A stretch of 64,000 nucleotides of DNA. Source: Octopus vulgaris. Its lineage: Eukaryota. Both the position numbers and the translations under genes were made by a program. The notes below the pieces were generated by a model. It was not told where the DNA came from and made no database searches. It was given only the letters and a program-made list of their open reading frames with translations. The stretch spans positions 4,898,001 to 4,962,000 of the forward strand of contig OX597834.1 of NCBI GenBank assembly GCA_951406725.2. The letters are read 5' to 3'. Of the stretch, positions 1 to 10,962 are shown one piece after another (the stretch's first letter is position 1; each line of letters starts with the position of its first letter).

Positions 1-376
1 TTTAAATCCGATAGCTCATAGTGCTCTGCTACGTAATAAAGTTTGTGTTCTTTACTATATCTGTCAAAGTGGTCAACAATGAGTCAATAATGAATATTTT
101 CGTAACTATCACGTGATCACTTACTTGGTAGCGTTTTGATGGTAGTTGCATTAATAGTGTTATTAGTGTTTTAGCTTTGATTTTTCTCCTGTTAATGGCA
201 TCTCGAGATCATTAAGATTGTAGACGCTGTTTTGGACAGAAATGTAGGCTTATTCATTTACCGTATAACACATCTATTTTTATTATTTCGGTATGTTGCA
301 GAGTATGTTTCACTGAGGTCATCCCCCAGATCAGTGTCTAAAACTGTCTCTCTTACAGACAAACTTATGAAAATAT

Positions 377-518
377 TGGCTCTGTGATAAAAAGCCTGCT
401 TCCGGGTTCAGTTCCATAATGTGGCACTTTGAGCAAGCGTCTTCTACTATGGGGTCGGGCTGACCAAAGCCTTGTGAGTGAATTTGGTAGACAAAAACTG
501 AAAAGAAACCCGGCGTGT
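377..518 (+). mobile_element. tRNA-derived SINE family A, degenerate 5' half
   Basis: Matches the 5' half of intact copies at 60067 and 61221 (GGGTTCAGTTCC B-box-like, TTGAGCAAGCGTCTTCTACTAT, GTGAGTGAATTTGGTAGAC). Confidence 0.8.
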
Positions 519-557
<39 letters not shown>

Positions 558-762
558 CATAATTGATCGTTAGCTACTACACTCATTTTTTTCTCCCCTT
601 TTTTCTCTCCTTGTTTCTCTCCTTGTTTTTTCTGTGTATCTTTCTGTCGAAGAGCGTAGGCTCGAAACGTAATAAACTTTTTCTATTCCTGAGCGCTATA
701 CTAATATATTTGTTTGTTTGTACTCCACCTGCCTTCGTCTTTTGTTTATTTTCGTAAACTTT

Positions 763-765
<3 letters not shown>
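558..765 (+). mobile_element. Solo Penelope-like pseudo-LTR, family P1, with hammerhead motif
   Basis: Near-identical to 3854-4036, with a 3' fragment at 61131-61196; flanked by (TA)n; contains CTGTCGA-A-GAGC-GTAG-GCTC-GAAA-CG-TA. Confidence 0.7.
639..676 (+). ncRNA. Minimal type-I hammerhead-like motif, CUGUCGA core, stem I partly decayed
   Basis: Core 644-650, stem II GAGC/GCTC, GAAA 664-667, ACGT palindrome, GUA triplet. Confidence 0.55.

Positions 766-842
<77 letters not shown>
766..842. repeat. (TA)n microsatellite
   Basis: Direct reading. Confidence 0.98.
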
Positions 843-846
<4 letters not shown>

Positions 847-852
847 TGTGTG

Positions 853-1005
853 TGTGTATCTTTGTGTCTGTGTGTGTCCTCCTCCACCGCTTGATAACCG
901 GCGTTGATTTGTTTGCGTTCTCGTAACTTAACGGCTCAGCAAAAAATATTGATAGCATAAGCCCCAGGCTTAAAAAAAGTAAGTATTGATGTTGTTTTGA
1001 AAGGC
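853..1005 (+). mobile_element. SINE family A, degenerate 3' half
   Basis: CGCTTGATAACCGGCGTTGATTTGTTTGCGTTCTCGTAACTTAACGGCTCAGCAAAA resembles the 3' half of intact family A copies. Confidence 0.7.
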
Positions 1006-1801
1006 ATCAAGCAAATCCTCTCCGTTCTGGATGAATTTCATGGCGGAAAACATTGACATTTTTAATCATCACCCTATACATTACAGTGATTATTAATATT
1101 ATATAACGGGAGGAAAAGCTTCAAGTATACAACAAAAATTTCTAAACTGAAATTAAATTTTCAAAATGTCAGTTCTGGCCTTACATTGAAAACTAAATAA
1201 TTTCTTCTTTACACTTGCACTCAAAAATGGTAAAAGGTCAATTACTTTACTCGTAAGATGACATCTGAAGGAACAAAAGTAGAATATTATGTAATATCAG
1301 TTGTTACAATGTAGAAAAATAAAGAAATACTACTGCAAAATATTCAAATCATTTTGATTTCCTATTCCTCTGTTACCTTCGTATTGCTTCATTATCACAC
1401 ATGACTATTTCCTGACAAAATTAGTTTTCAATATACTTTCTTATTTTATGTTACTTTCATCGCCTCAGCAACAGCTTTTCTAATGTATTGAAGTCACTTT
1501 ATTGTTGATCTAAATTCATGAATATTTTTCTCAGTATTTTATTACAGGTACAGTTTACTGATGACGTTAGTTGTTAGGAAATATCAAATTATATCACATT
1601 TATAGTATATTATTTTTCAGCATACATTAACATTTTACCAAACTTTCCCATAGGCATAAGAAATATTCATACACAAATACATGCATTATTTCTATATGCA
1701 CGCATACATGAATATATATATATATTTACATACATACACGCACACACACACACATACACACACACACACACCACACACACACACATATGTGTGTGTATGT
1801 G

Positions 1802-2190
1802 TAACAAAGTAAAGTTGGGTGTTACCGCACGAGTAAAAGTATAAGGATAAAAATCTGAAAATGAAGGAGTCTTTTAAAAGTATTTATTAACTTAACCGGT
1901 TACCCTTATTTAAAAAGGTTTTCACAATTAAAGTGTGAGGTGTAAAAAATATATTCAAATCAAGTGATAGCGTTTTTGCCAATGATAAGAAGAGTTTTGA
2001 GGCTTTGTGTATCCTCTGTGATGAGTCAAGCATTAGTTTACATAAAAATATTCAGATTAGGTAATGAATTTTTATTACCTAATCTGAATGTTTTTGCCTT
2101 TTGAAGTTGAAGTATGTGGCAAACATATTTTAGGTAACCTAAAGCTCACTTATACCTAATCACTGCTTGGCGCTGATACTGTTGATATAT
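1802..2190 (-). mobile_element. Decayed PLE terminal relic
   Basis: Minus-strand tail CTCGTGCGGTAACACCCAAC resembles the tail CCACGTGCGGTCAACACAAC of the PLE at 2234-3668; 22-bp hairpin at 2044-2095; remnant stem CCTT/AAGG plus ACCGGT palindrome near 1890-1930. Confidence 0.45.
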
Positions 2191-2319
2191 ACGTATGTAT
2201 ACGCTTATATATATATATAGAGAGAGAGAGAGAAAGGAAAAATTGTAAAAATGCAGAATGCTCGATTGAAAGAAAATTTTAATGCAATGAGAAAATGAAA
2301 AAATATATAAATATATATT

Positions 2320-2361
2320 TATTCAAACCGGTTTTCGTCATTGTTTGACTTATCAACAATA
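2320..2361 (-). ncRNA. Antisense copy of the UUGAUAA hammerhead motif (one stem I mismatch)
   Basis: Reverse complement reads TATTG-TTGATAA-GTC-AAACAAT-GAC-GAAA-ACCGGT-T-T-GAATA. Confidence 0.6.
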
Positions 2362-3489
2362 GTTAGGTGAAAAGGTTTTTTAAAAATGAGAAAGGGGAAA
2401 AAAAGTTTGACAAATGCCAAACTTCACACACCACATCCACCCCCAGCAGTAAAAAAATGTGCACGCCCAAACTGTGGGACATGCCCCCTACTACTTGAAG
2501 GTTCTGAATTTACCTTCAAACAAGTTACGAAGTTTAAAATCAAGACTAACTTCTCCTGTTCCTCCGAGAACCTTATCTACGTTCTCACATGCGCTGGTTG
2601 CCAACATAATTATGTTGGACAAACGAGTCTCCGTTACGTAAACGAGTAGTGGGGCATAAAGAACAAATAAATCTCCCGGAATACCGACAAATTCCACTGA
2701 GTGACCACATAGACTCATGCGCTAAAGACTTAAACCCCAAATTCTATATATTCCCCTTCTACCAATGTAAAGACGGCATCACCACACAGGAGAGAATTAA
2801 CAAGGAGAATCTCTTTATTGAAAAAATTCCAAACACAACTTAATATACAAACTCCTCGTTGATCAAACTTCCCTTTTCTACCTCATTCTTCATGGATGGA
2901 CTCACACAAATATATAAGGATACCATAGATTCATCACTTCAAGCAAAAACTTATATTCTTTAAATATCATTTTTACTATTGTTGTTATTTCCATCATCTT
3001 TATTATTTATGATATAACAATCTGAAATGCAATTGTCTATGCAAATTTATATAATTAGAAAATAATATAAACAAAGTGTTAAAATCTGAAAGTTAAATTC
3101 ACAAACAAGTACATAAAAAAGATAATGCAAATGAAGCTAAAATGACAATTTTATGATTTGGGGTTTTATCAGCAGCCTTTATTGAAGAACTCAAAAGAAT
3201 TGTCTCCCCTTATTCACAACACAGGAACTGAAGAACCACAATTACTACCACTTCCTGTTTTGCCAACATCCTAAATTAAACCAAACAACACATGGTCTTA
3301 ATCCCATTGGATCCTAATACCTCAAGGTAATTTTTTCGTGAACATTCATTAAACTCATGATACACAACGAACTCACAATGTATCGGAGTACTTATTTTTA
3401 ATTTTTATACATATTTATTATTATTCTTTTGCAAAAAACAATGCAACTTTTTTCCCCTTTCTCATTTTTAAAAAACCTTTTCACCTAAC

Positions 3490-3531
3490 TATTCTTGATA
3501 AGTCAAACTATGACGAAAACCGGTTTGAATA
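3490..3531 (+). ncRNA. Minimal type-I hammerhead motif with U3-A8 core
   Basis: TATTC-TTGATAA-GTC-AAACTAT-GAC-GAAA-ACCGGT-T-T-GAATA: stem I TATTC/GAATA, stem II GTC/GAC, palindromic stem III. Confidence 0.72.
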
Positions 3532-3853
3532 AATATATATTTATATATTTTTTCATTTTCTCATTTCATTAAAATTTTCTTTCAATCGAGCATTCTGCAT
3601 TTTTACAATTTTTCCTTGCTTATCATTTCTCCACGTGCGGTCAACACAACCCCACCATTTATTGATCTATATATATATATATATATATATATGTAACATC
3701 AATAACAAAGTCACTTTGATCCGTGTAGGAGAAGTGCAGCCAGAGGGTAGATGTCCTTAGAGGTAAAAAAATTCAATAGAGAAGTTAGTGTCCGTCGAGG
3801 AAAGGTAAGAGTTGGTAGTGGTAGAATATAGGATAAAAGTGAGACCACGTGAG

Positions 3854-4032
3854 CGCCATGTTAGATCGTTAGCTCCTACACGCATTTTTTTCTTTCCTTG
3901 TTTTTTTTCTGTGTATCTTTCTGTCGAAGAGCGTAGGCTCGAAATGTAAAAGACTTGTTCTATTTATATTCCTGAGCGCCATACTAATACATTTGTTTGT
4001 TTGTACTCCACCTGCCTTCGTCTTTTGTTTAT

Positions 4033-4036
<4 letters not shown>
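3854..4036 (+). mobile_element. Solo PLE pseudo-LTR family P1 with hammerhead motif at 3916-3953
   Basis: TCTTT-CTGTCGA-A-GAGC-GTAG-GCTC-GAAA-TG-T-A-AAAGA; homologous to 558-765; followed by (TA)n(TG)n. Confidence 0.72.
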
Positions 4037-4111
<75 letters not shown>

Positions 4112-4462
4112 TGTGTGTATGTGTGTGCGTGTATGTGTGTGTATGTGTATGTATATAATTCAGTAAAAGATAATAATTATAATAATGATGTTTTATAAGC
4201 TTAAATCTTATAAGCGATCGCTGTGTATTAACTACAAAAAAATAATTTCATATTGGAGCATATAAGCCCTCGATGGGTAAAAGTGGGGTCTCTACGCTTT
4301 TTTCCGCCGTGTGCTTGTATGCCCCCAATAATAGATTATTTTCTTTGGTCACAACAAGGTGATCGCTTGTAAACGAATACAAAAATATGTATGTAGAATG
4401 TTTGAAGTGGTGTACAAATATTGTATATTGAGGAAAAGGAGGCAGTCAGAATTTTGATTAAT

Positions 4463-4500
4463 CCTTTAATAGCGCTTTCGTTCGTTTACGAACTTGTCAA
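4463..4500 (-). ncRNA. Hammerhead-like motif with UUGACAA core, stem I not pairable
   Basis: Reverse complement TTGACAA-GTTCG-TAAA-CGAAC-GAAA-GCGC-T-A; perfect 5-bp stem II and AGCGCT palindrome. Confidence 0.55.
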
Positions 4501-4648
4501 GACAAAATCAAAACCAAAATGGGAAAAATAGACCGTGTCCTTGTTCATTTATATGAATCGAATGTTTTCGCTTTGTTTAGAAGTGGGGAATATTGTTCTT
4601 TGTGGGGTGGGGAGAGAAAGAAAAGCAAAGCGGAGGAGGGGGATAAAT

Positions 4649-4875
<227 letters not shown>

Positions 4876-5382
4876 TATGTATGAGACGTCGCAAGCAACT
4901 GATATACGTGTTGTTTCAAGTACACTAATATCAGGTTACGCAAACAAGTGTCTTTTGAAAGCCAGAAAGATTTCGAAGAATGAAATCTGCTTGATTATGA
5001 AATGTTTGAAAATGATATGGGTTTCATCAGAGTTTCAATCTTTTGACCTCCGCTTATTTTAAGTTTTCTCATAAAAGGACAATGAAGTTAAAACGTCACA
5101 GTGTCTGTTTATAAAGAAACATTGAAGACAAATATTCAACGAACTGTTTTCTCCGTATTATGCATTCAAATGCAATAAAATTGACAAATTGTTACCTTCA
5201 TTTGAACATTCATTTAAACATCTTTCTTTAAAGATTAACGGAAATAGAACAATATTTCTCAAACACGCTTCAACAATGATTAGTAATTACTATAAGTCAT
5301 TATTGCAAGAATTTGGTAAGAAGGTAATATATTTGGGATTGAAACAATGTAATTTCCTTGATAATAGTTGACAGTCTCACAA

Positions 5383-5795
5383 GGCGGCGAGCTGGCAGAA
5401 ACGTTAGCATGCCGGGCGAAATGCGTAGCCGTATTTCGTCCGCCGTTACGTTCTGAGTTCAAATACCGCCCAGGTCGACTTTGCCTTTTATCCTTTCGGG
5501 GCCGATAAATTAAGTACCAGTTACACACTGGGGTCGATGTAATCGACTAAATCCCTTTGTCTGTCCTTGTTTGTCCCCTCTGTGTTTAGCCCCTTGTGTG
5601 TAGTAAAGAAATAGGTATTTCATCTGCCGGCACGTTCTGAGTTCAAATTCCGCCGAGGTCGACTTTGCCTTTCATTCTTTCGAGGTCGATAAAATAAGTA
5701 CCAGTTACGCACTGGGGTCGATGTGATCGACTAAATCCCTTTGTCTGTCCTTGTTTGTCCCCTCTATGTTTAGTCCCTTGTGGGTAGTAAAGAAA
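5383..5795 (+). mobile_element. tRNA-derived SINE family B plus tandem 5'-truncated second copy (5614-5795)
   Basis: Head GGCGGCGAGCTGGCAGAAACGTTAGCA, B-box GAGTTCAAAT, central GTCGACTTTGCCTTTCATCCTTTCGGGGTCGATAAA domain (recalled as Meta/Sauria-SINE-like, unverified). Confidence 0.88.
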
Positions 5796-7260
5796 CATAA
5801 TAGTTGAGAGTCCCACGTAAAATATAAGTCACATAATTGGAAAGATCTGGAATCTTTCACATGCAAACACGCTTCAACCACAAGTCAACCTACAAAGTGT
5901 ATCGTCCTAATATTTATTCTACTGAAAATATAATTATATTTGTTTATCTCCTCATTATGTACGCACTCACATGTATGTGCACATCTCTTCTTACACACAT
6001 AGACACTCACACACACATGCAAATACGCGCGCACTCACACACCTAAACTAGGGGCTTGCTTGCTGCCTTTGCTTCCATACAAACACGAAACTAGTTTTAA
6101 AAGCCCACTCATCGATATTATCATTTTGGCCATGATTTGTGACTCAGTTCGACATTTCATGTTCTTGACGCGATCTGCATTTTGTTTTTAAAGACAAATA
6201 AACCACGGACCTTGCTTATTGCGCCAGACACCATCAAGACACCTGAAAAAACAGAAGCAAAATTGTTCTGTTATTATTGATATTCGTTTTGAAACTGAAA
6301 CGCTATTGGAGAAATGTCAAGTGAGGTATAACTATTCATTATGATCAATCTTATTTCTCGGTTGTTTGAATAACTGACAGCCGACAGGAAATTAAACGAT
6401 ACTTTTCGATTATTTTACCTACTAAAGTAAGTTGTATAAGAAGAATAAAACATTGAAGAAAGCATTCCCATTTTGTTACTGCATCACCTGAAGACTCGAA
6501 AGGGAAAAAATTACAATTCAACAAGCATTGGAGAACTGATCGTTCACTTACCTTAATATGAATAATGTTATTCTGTCGTATCAGGATATGTCATTTTAGA
6601 CGAGATCAATGGAGACTCGTGTATTTATTTTGTTCATTTTGTAACGAACATCGATATCGAATAATTATTTTCAAAAAAACAAAAACAAAGAAGAAAACTC
6701 AATAAATGATCATTTTAGTTTCAAATTGATTGAGCAGTTTCAATTTACTGACCATTGAAAAGTAAGTGATGTGGTAAATAAACATTTCATGTATAACAAA
6801 TAACTTTACTTGAGTAATACATCGAAAAATCATTTTGACAGAAAAGCTCAGTTAAAAATGTATCTTGTAAAATGTCTATACACGATGTATAGGAAAACTA
6901 GTTTAGAGGGTGTCTTTCCCAGATAGTAATTGTAATGTAAATTAATTCCTATACCATAAACAAATACACTGGAGTCAGTCAGGAATACATAACAATGCAG
7001 AACATCTTCCTGCAGCAGAAACAGATCATAAGTAACTGAAAAAATAACAACTTGAAAGGTCAAAAGCGATAATCTGCTAATCTAAAATTTTCGAAGAATA
7101 CGTCACCTGATTCTTTCTGATAGAAAATATTGCGAGACACTCGTGCAATATACAATATGAGCAAGTATAAACAGTATTAACGCAATATATATAAAAATCA
7201 TATTGACGCACATACGCTTATACACGCGTGTGCATTGTTTTGTATATATTTTTGGATGTT

Positions 7261-7409
7261 TTACGTCGACCCTAGTGTTCCACATCTACTTATTTTATCG
7301 ACCCTTAAACGATGAAAAACAAAGTCGACCTGGGCGGAATTTGGATTGAGATCGTAAAGGTAGACGAAATGCCGTAAAGCGGATTAACGATTGTGCCAGT
7401 TCGCTGCCC
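7261..7409 (-). mobile_element. SINE family B, degenerate
   Basis: Diverged reverse complement of the family B head and central domain. Confidence 0.7.
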
Positions 7410-7433
7410 TCATGAAAATAATAATAATGACGG

Positions 7434-7567
7434 TTTAAAATTTAGTCACAAGGCCAGTAAGTTCGGAATAGGGAGTAAGTCGATTATATCAATCCCAGTG
7501 ATCAACTAGTGCTTATTTTAACGGCACCTAAAAAGTGAAAAGCACATTCGAATTCGGCAGAACTTGA
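7434..7567 (-). mobile_element. SINE family B variant, partial
   Basis: AAGTCGATTATATCAATCCCAGTGATCAACTAGTGCTTATTTT resembles the family B 3' region. Confidence 0.6.
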
Positions 7568-7748
7568 ATGTGGCGCATACCATATACAAACTGAACCTGG
7601 AACAACATCTGCGCAAATTATGACAAATAATGAATGAAAGTACTTTCCAGAAAATCCTTTGCTTAGCAAAATAAATATTTGTTACACAACCCCCTGATAC
7701 AGAATACTAAATCATTCATAAAAATCTTCTGCAGGAAACTGCTCCATA

Positions 7749-7980
7749 TTTATTTTTTTACTACCCACAAGGGTATAAACACAGAGGGGACAAACAAGGA
7801 CATACAAACGAATTAAGTCGATTACATCGATCCCAGCGCGTAACTGGTACTTAATTTATCGGCCCCGAAAGGATGAAAGGCAAAGTCGACTTGGCGGAAT
7901 TTGAACTCAGAACGTAACGGCAGACGAAATACGGCTACGCATTTCACCCGACTGGCTAACGGTTCCGCCAGCTCGCCGCC
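7749..7980 (-). mobile_element. SINE family B, full length
   Basis: Reverse complement of the 8113-8342 copy. Confidence 0.9.
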
Positions 7981-8112
7981 TTAAACTGCTCCAGATTTGA
8001 TCTGACAATGATATGATTCATGCAACAATAATCTCCCCCTGATTATATTTGAAATAGTTAAAAAAGCAACGTGCTGGCAGAATTGTTAGTACGTTGAACA
8101 TTTTTAGAGGAA

Positions 8113-8342
8113 GGCGGCGAGCTGGCAGAAACGTTAGCACGCCGGGCGAAATGCGTAGCAGTATTTCGTCTGCCGTTACGTTCTGAGTTCAAATTCCGCG
8201 GAGGTCGACTTTGCCTTTCATCCTTTCGGGGCCGATAAATTAAGTACCAGTTACGCACTGGGGTCGATGTAATCAACTTAGTCCGTTTGTCTGTCCTTGT
8301 TTGTCCCCTCTGTGTTTAGCCCCTTGTGGGTAGTAAAGAAAT
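8113..8342 (+). mobile_element. SINE family B, full length
   Basis: Intact head, B-box, central domain and GTAAAGAAAT end; 13-bp direct repeat TATTTGAAATAGT at 8046-8058 and 8346-8358. Confidence 0.92.
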
Positions 8343-9189
8343 ATTTATTTGAAATAGTGTATTTGTAATCCAAGTAGTTATGTTTTTTCGTCAATTAACT
8401 TCGTATGCATGGGCATTGACTATTCACTTAACAAGACGCTTCGTATCATACTGTACTAATATAAGCCAGGCGTATATTGCATGTATGTAACTTCGTTTGC
8501 AATATCATTAAAGAAGTAAGCGGTGAAACTATCTCTACTATGTATTCGGATAATTCCTTCAATTTCATGCTCCAACTTAAAGTCAGTTGCGGCTAGTAGT
8601 GCATTGGAGATAATATTCTCTCCTTCGTTTCCCAACCATCACTCCTATAATAATTAAAGATTTCTGCAACGGCAAAGTTTCAGTCTTTGACAGAAATCAA
8701 TTTCCAGTTTGATTTAAATTGAAGTAAATTTAATTAAATTCTTCATCGTGGTAGGATATAATTAATTTCAATTCATATTTTCATTTCACGGAGTTAATTT
8801 TATCGTAATTTAGAGATATGATTTAGTCACTAAATTTGAAATAAATTTCGATTTATTAAACGAAGAATTCAATGAAATTAGCAATCGTTGTATTAAACCG
8901 TAGCAAATGCATATTTCGAAAAAAAAACAAACAAAAAACAATTAAAATACTGAATATAAAATAACACAAATATCACATGTGCAAAAAATATTGAATTTAA
9001 AACGTGCTTTTAAAAGATAATTTAAAAAAACATTCTACTTTACATTCCTTTCTGTGTAATGTGGTATTTAATAGTATGGTACATAGTGTGTGAAGAGCAG
9101 TGTAACTGGGAGGTCAATTATAAGTTATAAATTCATGTAGTAAATTCTAAGTTCGTATTCCATTACGGTTTCTCAATAACATATATATT

Positions 9190-9360
9190 CTTTTCTACTC
9201 AAGGAAAAAGGCCCGAAATTTTAGTGGAGGGGGGCCAGTCAATTAGATTAACCTCAGTACGCAACTGGTACTTAATTTATCGAACCCCTAAAGGAGAAAA
9301 TCAAAGTCAACCTCGGTGGATTTTGAACTCAGAACATAAAGACAGACGAACTACCAATTT
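9190..9360 (-). mobile_element. SINE family B variant, partial
   Basis: CAGTACGCAACTGGTACTTAATTTATCG...GTCAACCTCGGTGGATTTTGAACTCAGAAC. Confidence 0.7.
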
Positions 9361-9467
9361 CTTTATTGCCCACCGGGGGCCAAACATAGAAATGGACAGT
9401 ACAACTGATGGGATCAGTGAAGCGATATGATTTTACATATAATGTGTGTGCGTATGTGTGTATGCAC

Positions 9468-9510
<43 letters not shown>

Positions 9511-9845
9511 AACAACTTATAAATAAGGGCTAAAGAAAATTATTTCTATGCCAATATGCTGATAACAGACTTTTAAATCGTCAATTTCCACATATTATTT
9601 ACTCGCTACAGAAAACACGTAGAGCTGAAAACGAGGAAAGCCAGCCAATAGAATTTTTTTAAAAAGCACGTTATTTAAAAAAAAATTCTACTGGCTGGCT
9701 TTCCTCGTTTTCAGCTCTACGTGTTTTCCGTAGCGAGTAAATAATATGTGGAAATTGACGATTTAAAAGTCTGTCATCAGCATATTGGCATTGAAATAAT
9801 TTTCTTTAGCCCTTACTTATAAGTTGTTTATAATTTTAACCTTAA

Positions 9846-9876
<31 letters not shown>

Positions 9877-9926
9877 GAAAGAGTGTGTGTGTGATCACAC
9901 ATAATATTAGTTTCAGATTAATATTG

Positions 9927-10104
9927 CAATTTGCAAGGGAGGGATAAGTCGATTACATCGACACCAGTGTTCAACTGGTACTTATTTCATCAATCCTCAG
10001 ACGATAACAGACAAAGGTGATCTCTGCGGAAACTGAACACAAAGCGTTCAGATGAACGAAATACATTTTGCCCGGCGAGCTAATGCTTTTGCCAGTTCCC
10101 CGCC
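9927..10104 (-). mobile_element. SINE family B, degenerate
   Basis: AAGTCGATTACATCGACACCAGTGTTCAACTGGTACTTA ... GCCAGTTCCCCGCC. Confidence 0.7.
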
Positions 10105-10962
10105 TCGTTGCACCAAATATTACCCACTGTATGGAGTATCACAGAAAGTGAGAAAAAAGTGGGATGCATGACGTTTCATTAAATAATAAGAGTAACAGAA
10201 CGACGACATAGGAACACGCGGAAAAATCACTACAGAGCGTAGAAATGCTAAGCCCTCATCAGGTATCTCGTCTCCTTCGATAATATTGTTCCTGTGCAAT
10301 ATCATTTAATTTTTCAAATGAAGTCCTACATTATTTTCCCTTTTGAAAATGATAAAACTGCATCCATTGTAGTATTTGAAAATAATACTCCACTATTTTA
10401 GGATCGGAAAAGAAAAATTTCTCCTCTGTGTCACACTTTACTATATACTTGTATAAGTCTATAAAATTATTTAATGGAAGTTGCAGCCTAATAAAGTTTG
10501 ACAATAACCACAGGAAATTTGATAAGTAGATGTATTTTTAGAAGGATTTGGTGGGATATTAACCTGTGAGAAAATGGCGAATTTATTTTAAGTCAAGAAT
10601 CAGCTTTTTCAAGATTTATATTTGCTCATAATTCCTGATATTTATTATTATTCCTTCTCCATCTTCTAATTCACTCTGTTAATGTGCATACACCTCCCAG
10701 ACTTACGCTGAATTTATGCGCCTATCTACTAGTCTCTCTCTCTCTCTCTCTCTGATCATATAAATATATATATATATATATCAGAGATGTCTGCATGTAA
10801 ACGTATACAAAACGATCAAACAATAATAATTAAACAAGCAGATAAAGGTGGTGCAATTGTTATTATGGATACCGAATACTATAAGGATTTGGTTGAAGAC
10901 CAACTGAAGGATACAACCTTCTATTGTGAAATACCCGCAAATATAGACCACCACATCATGAA

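Larger units (their letters stand above)
2234..3668 (+). mobile_element. 5'-truncated Penelope-like element (GIY-YIG end only) with inverted pseudo-LTR
   Basis: Broken ORFs 2386-2649 and 2649-2843 encode CARPNCGTC...NLIYVLTCAGCQHNYVGQT...QIPLSDHIDSC...KENLFI; 2234-2407 is an inverted copy of 3445-3617; flanked by (TA)n(GA)n and (TA)n. Confidence 0.88.

Noticed and set aside
1885-1935. Hammerhead-like remnant (GTGAAAA...CCTT/AAGG...GTAA-CCGG-TT)
   Set aside because: Both core strands are broken, so it is not counted as a ribozyme.
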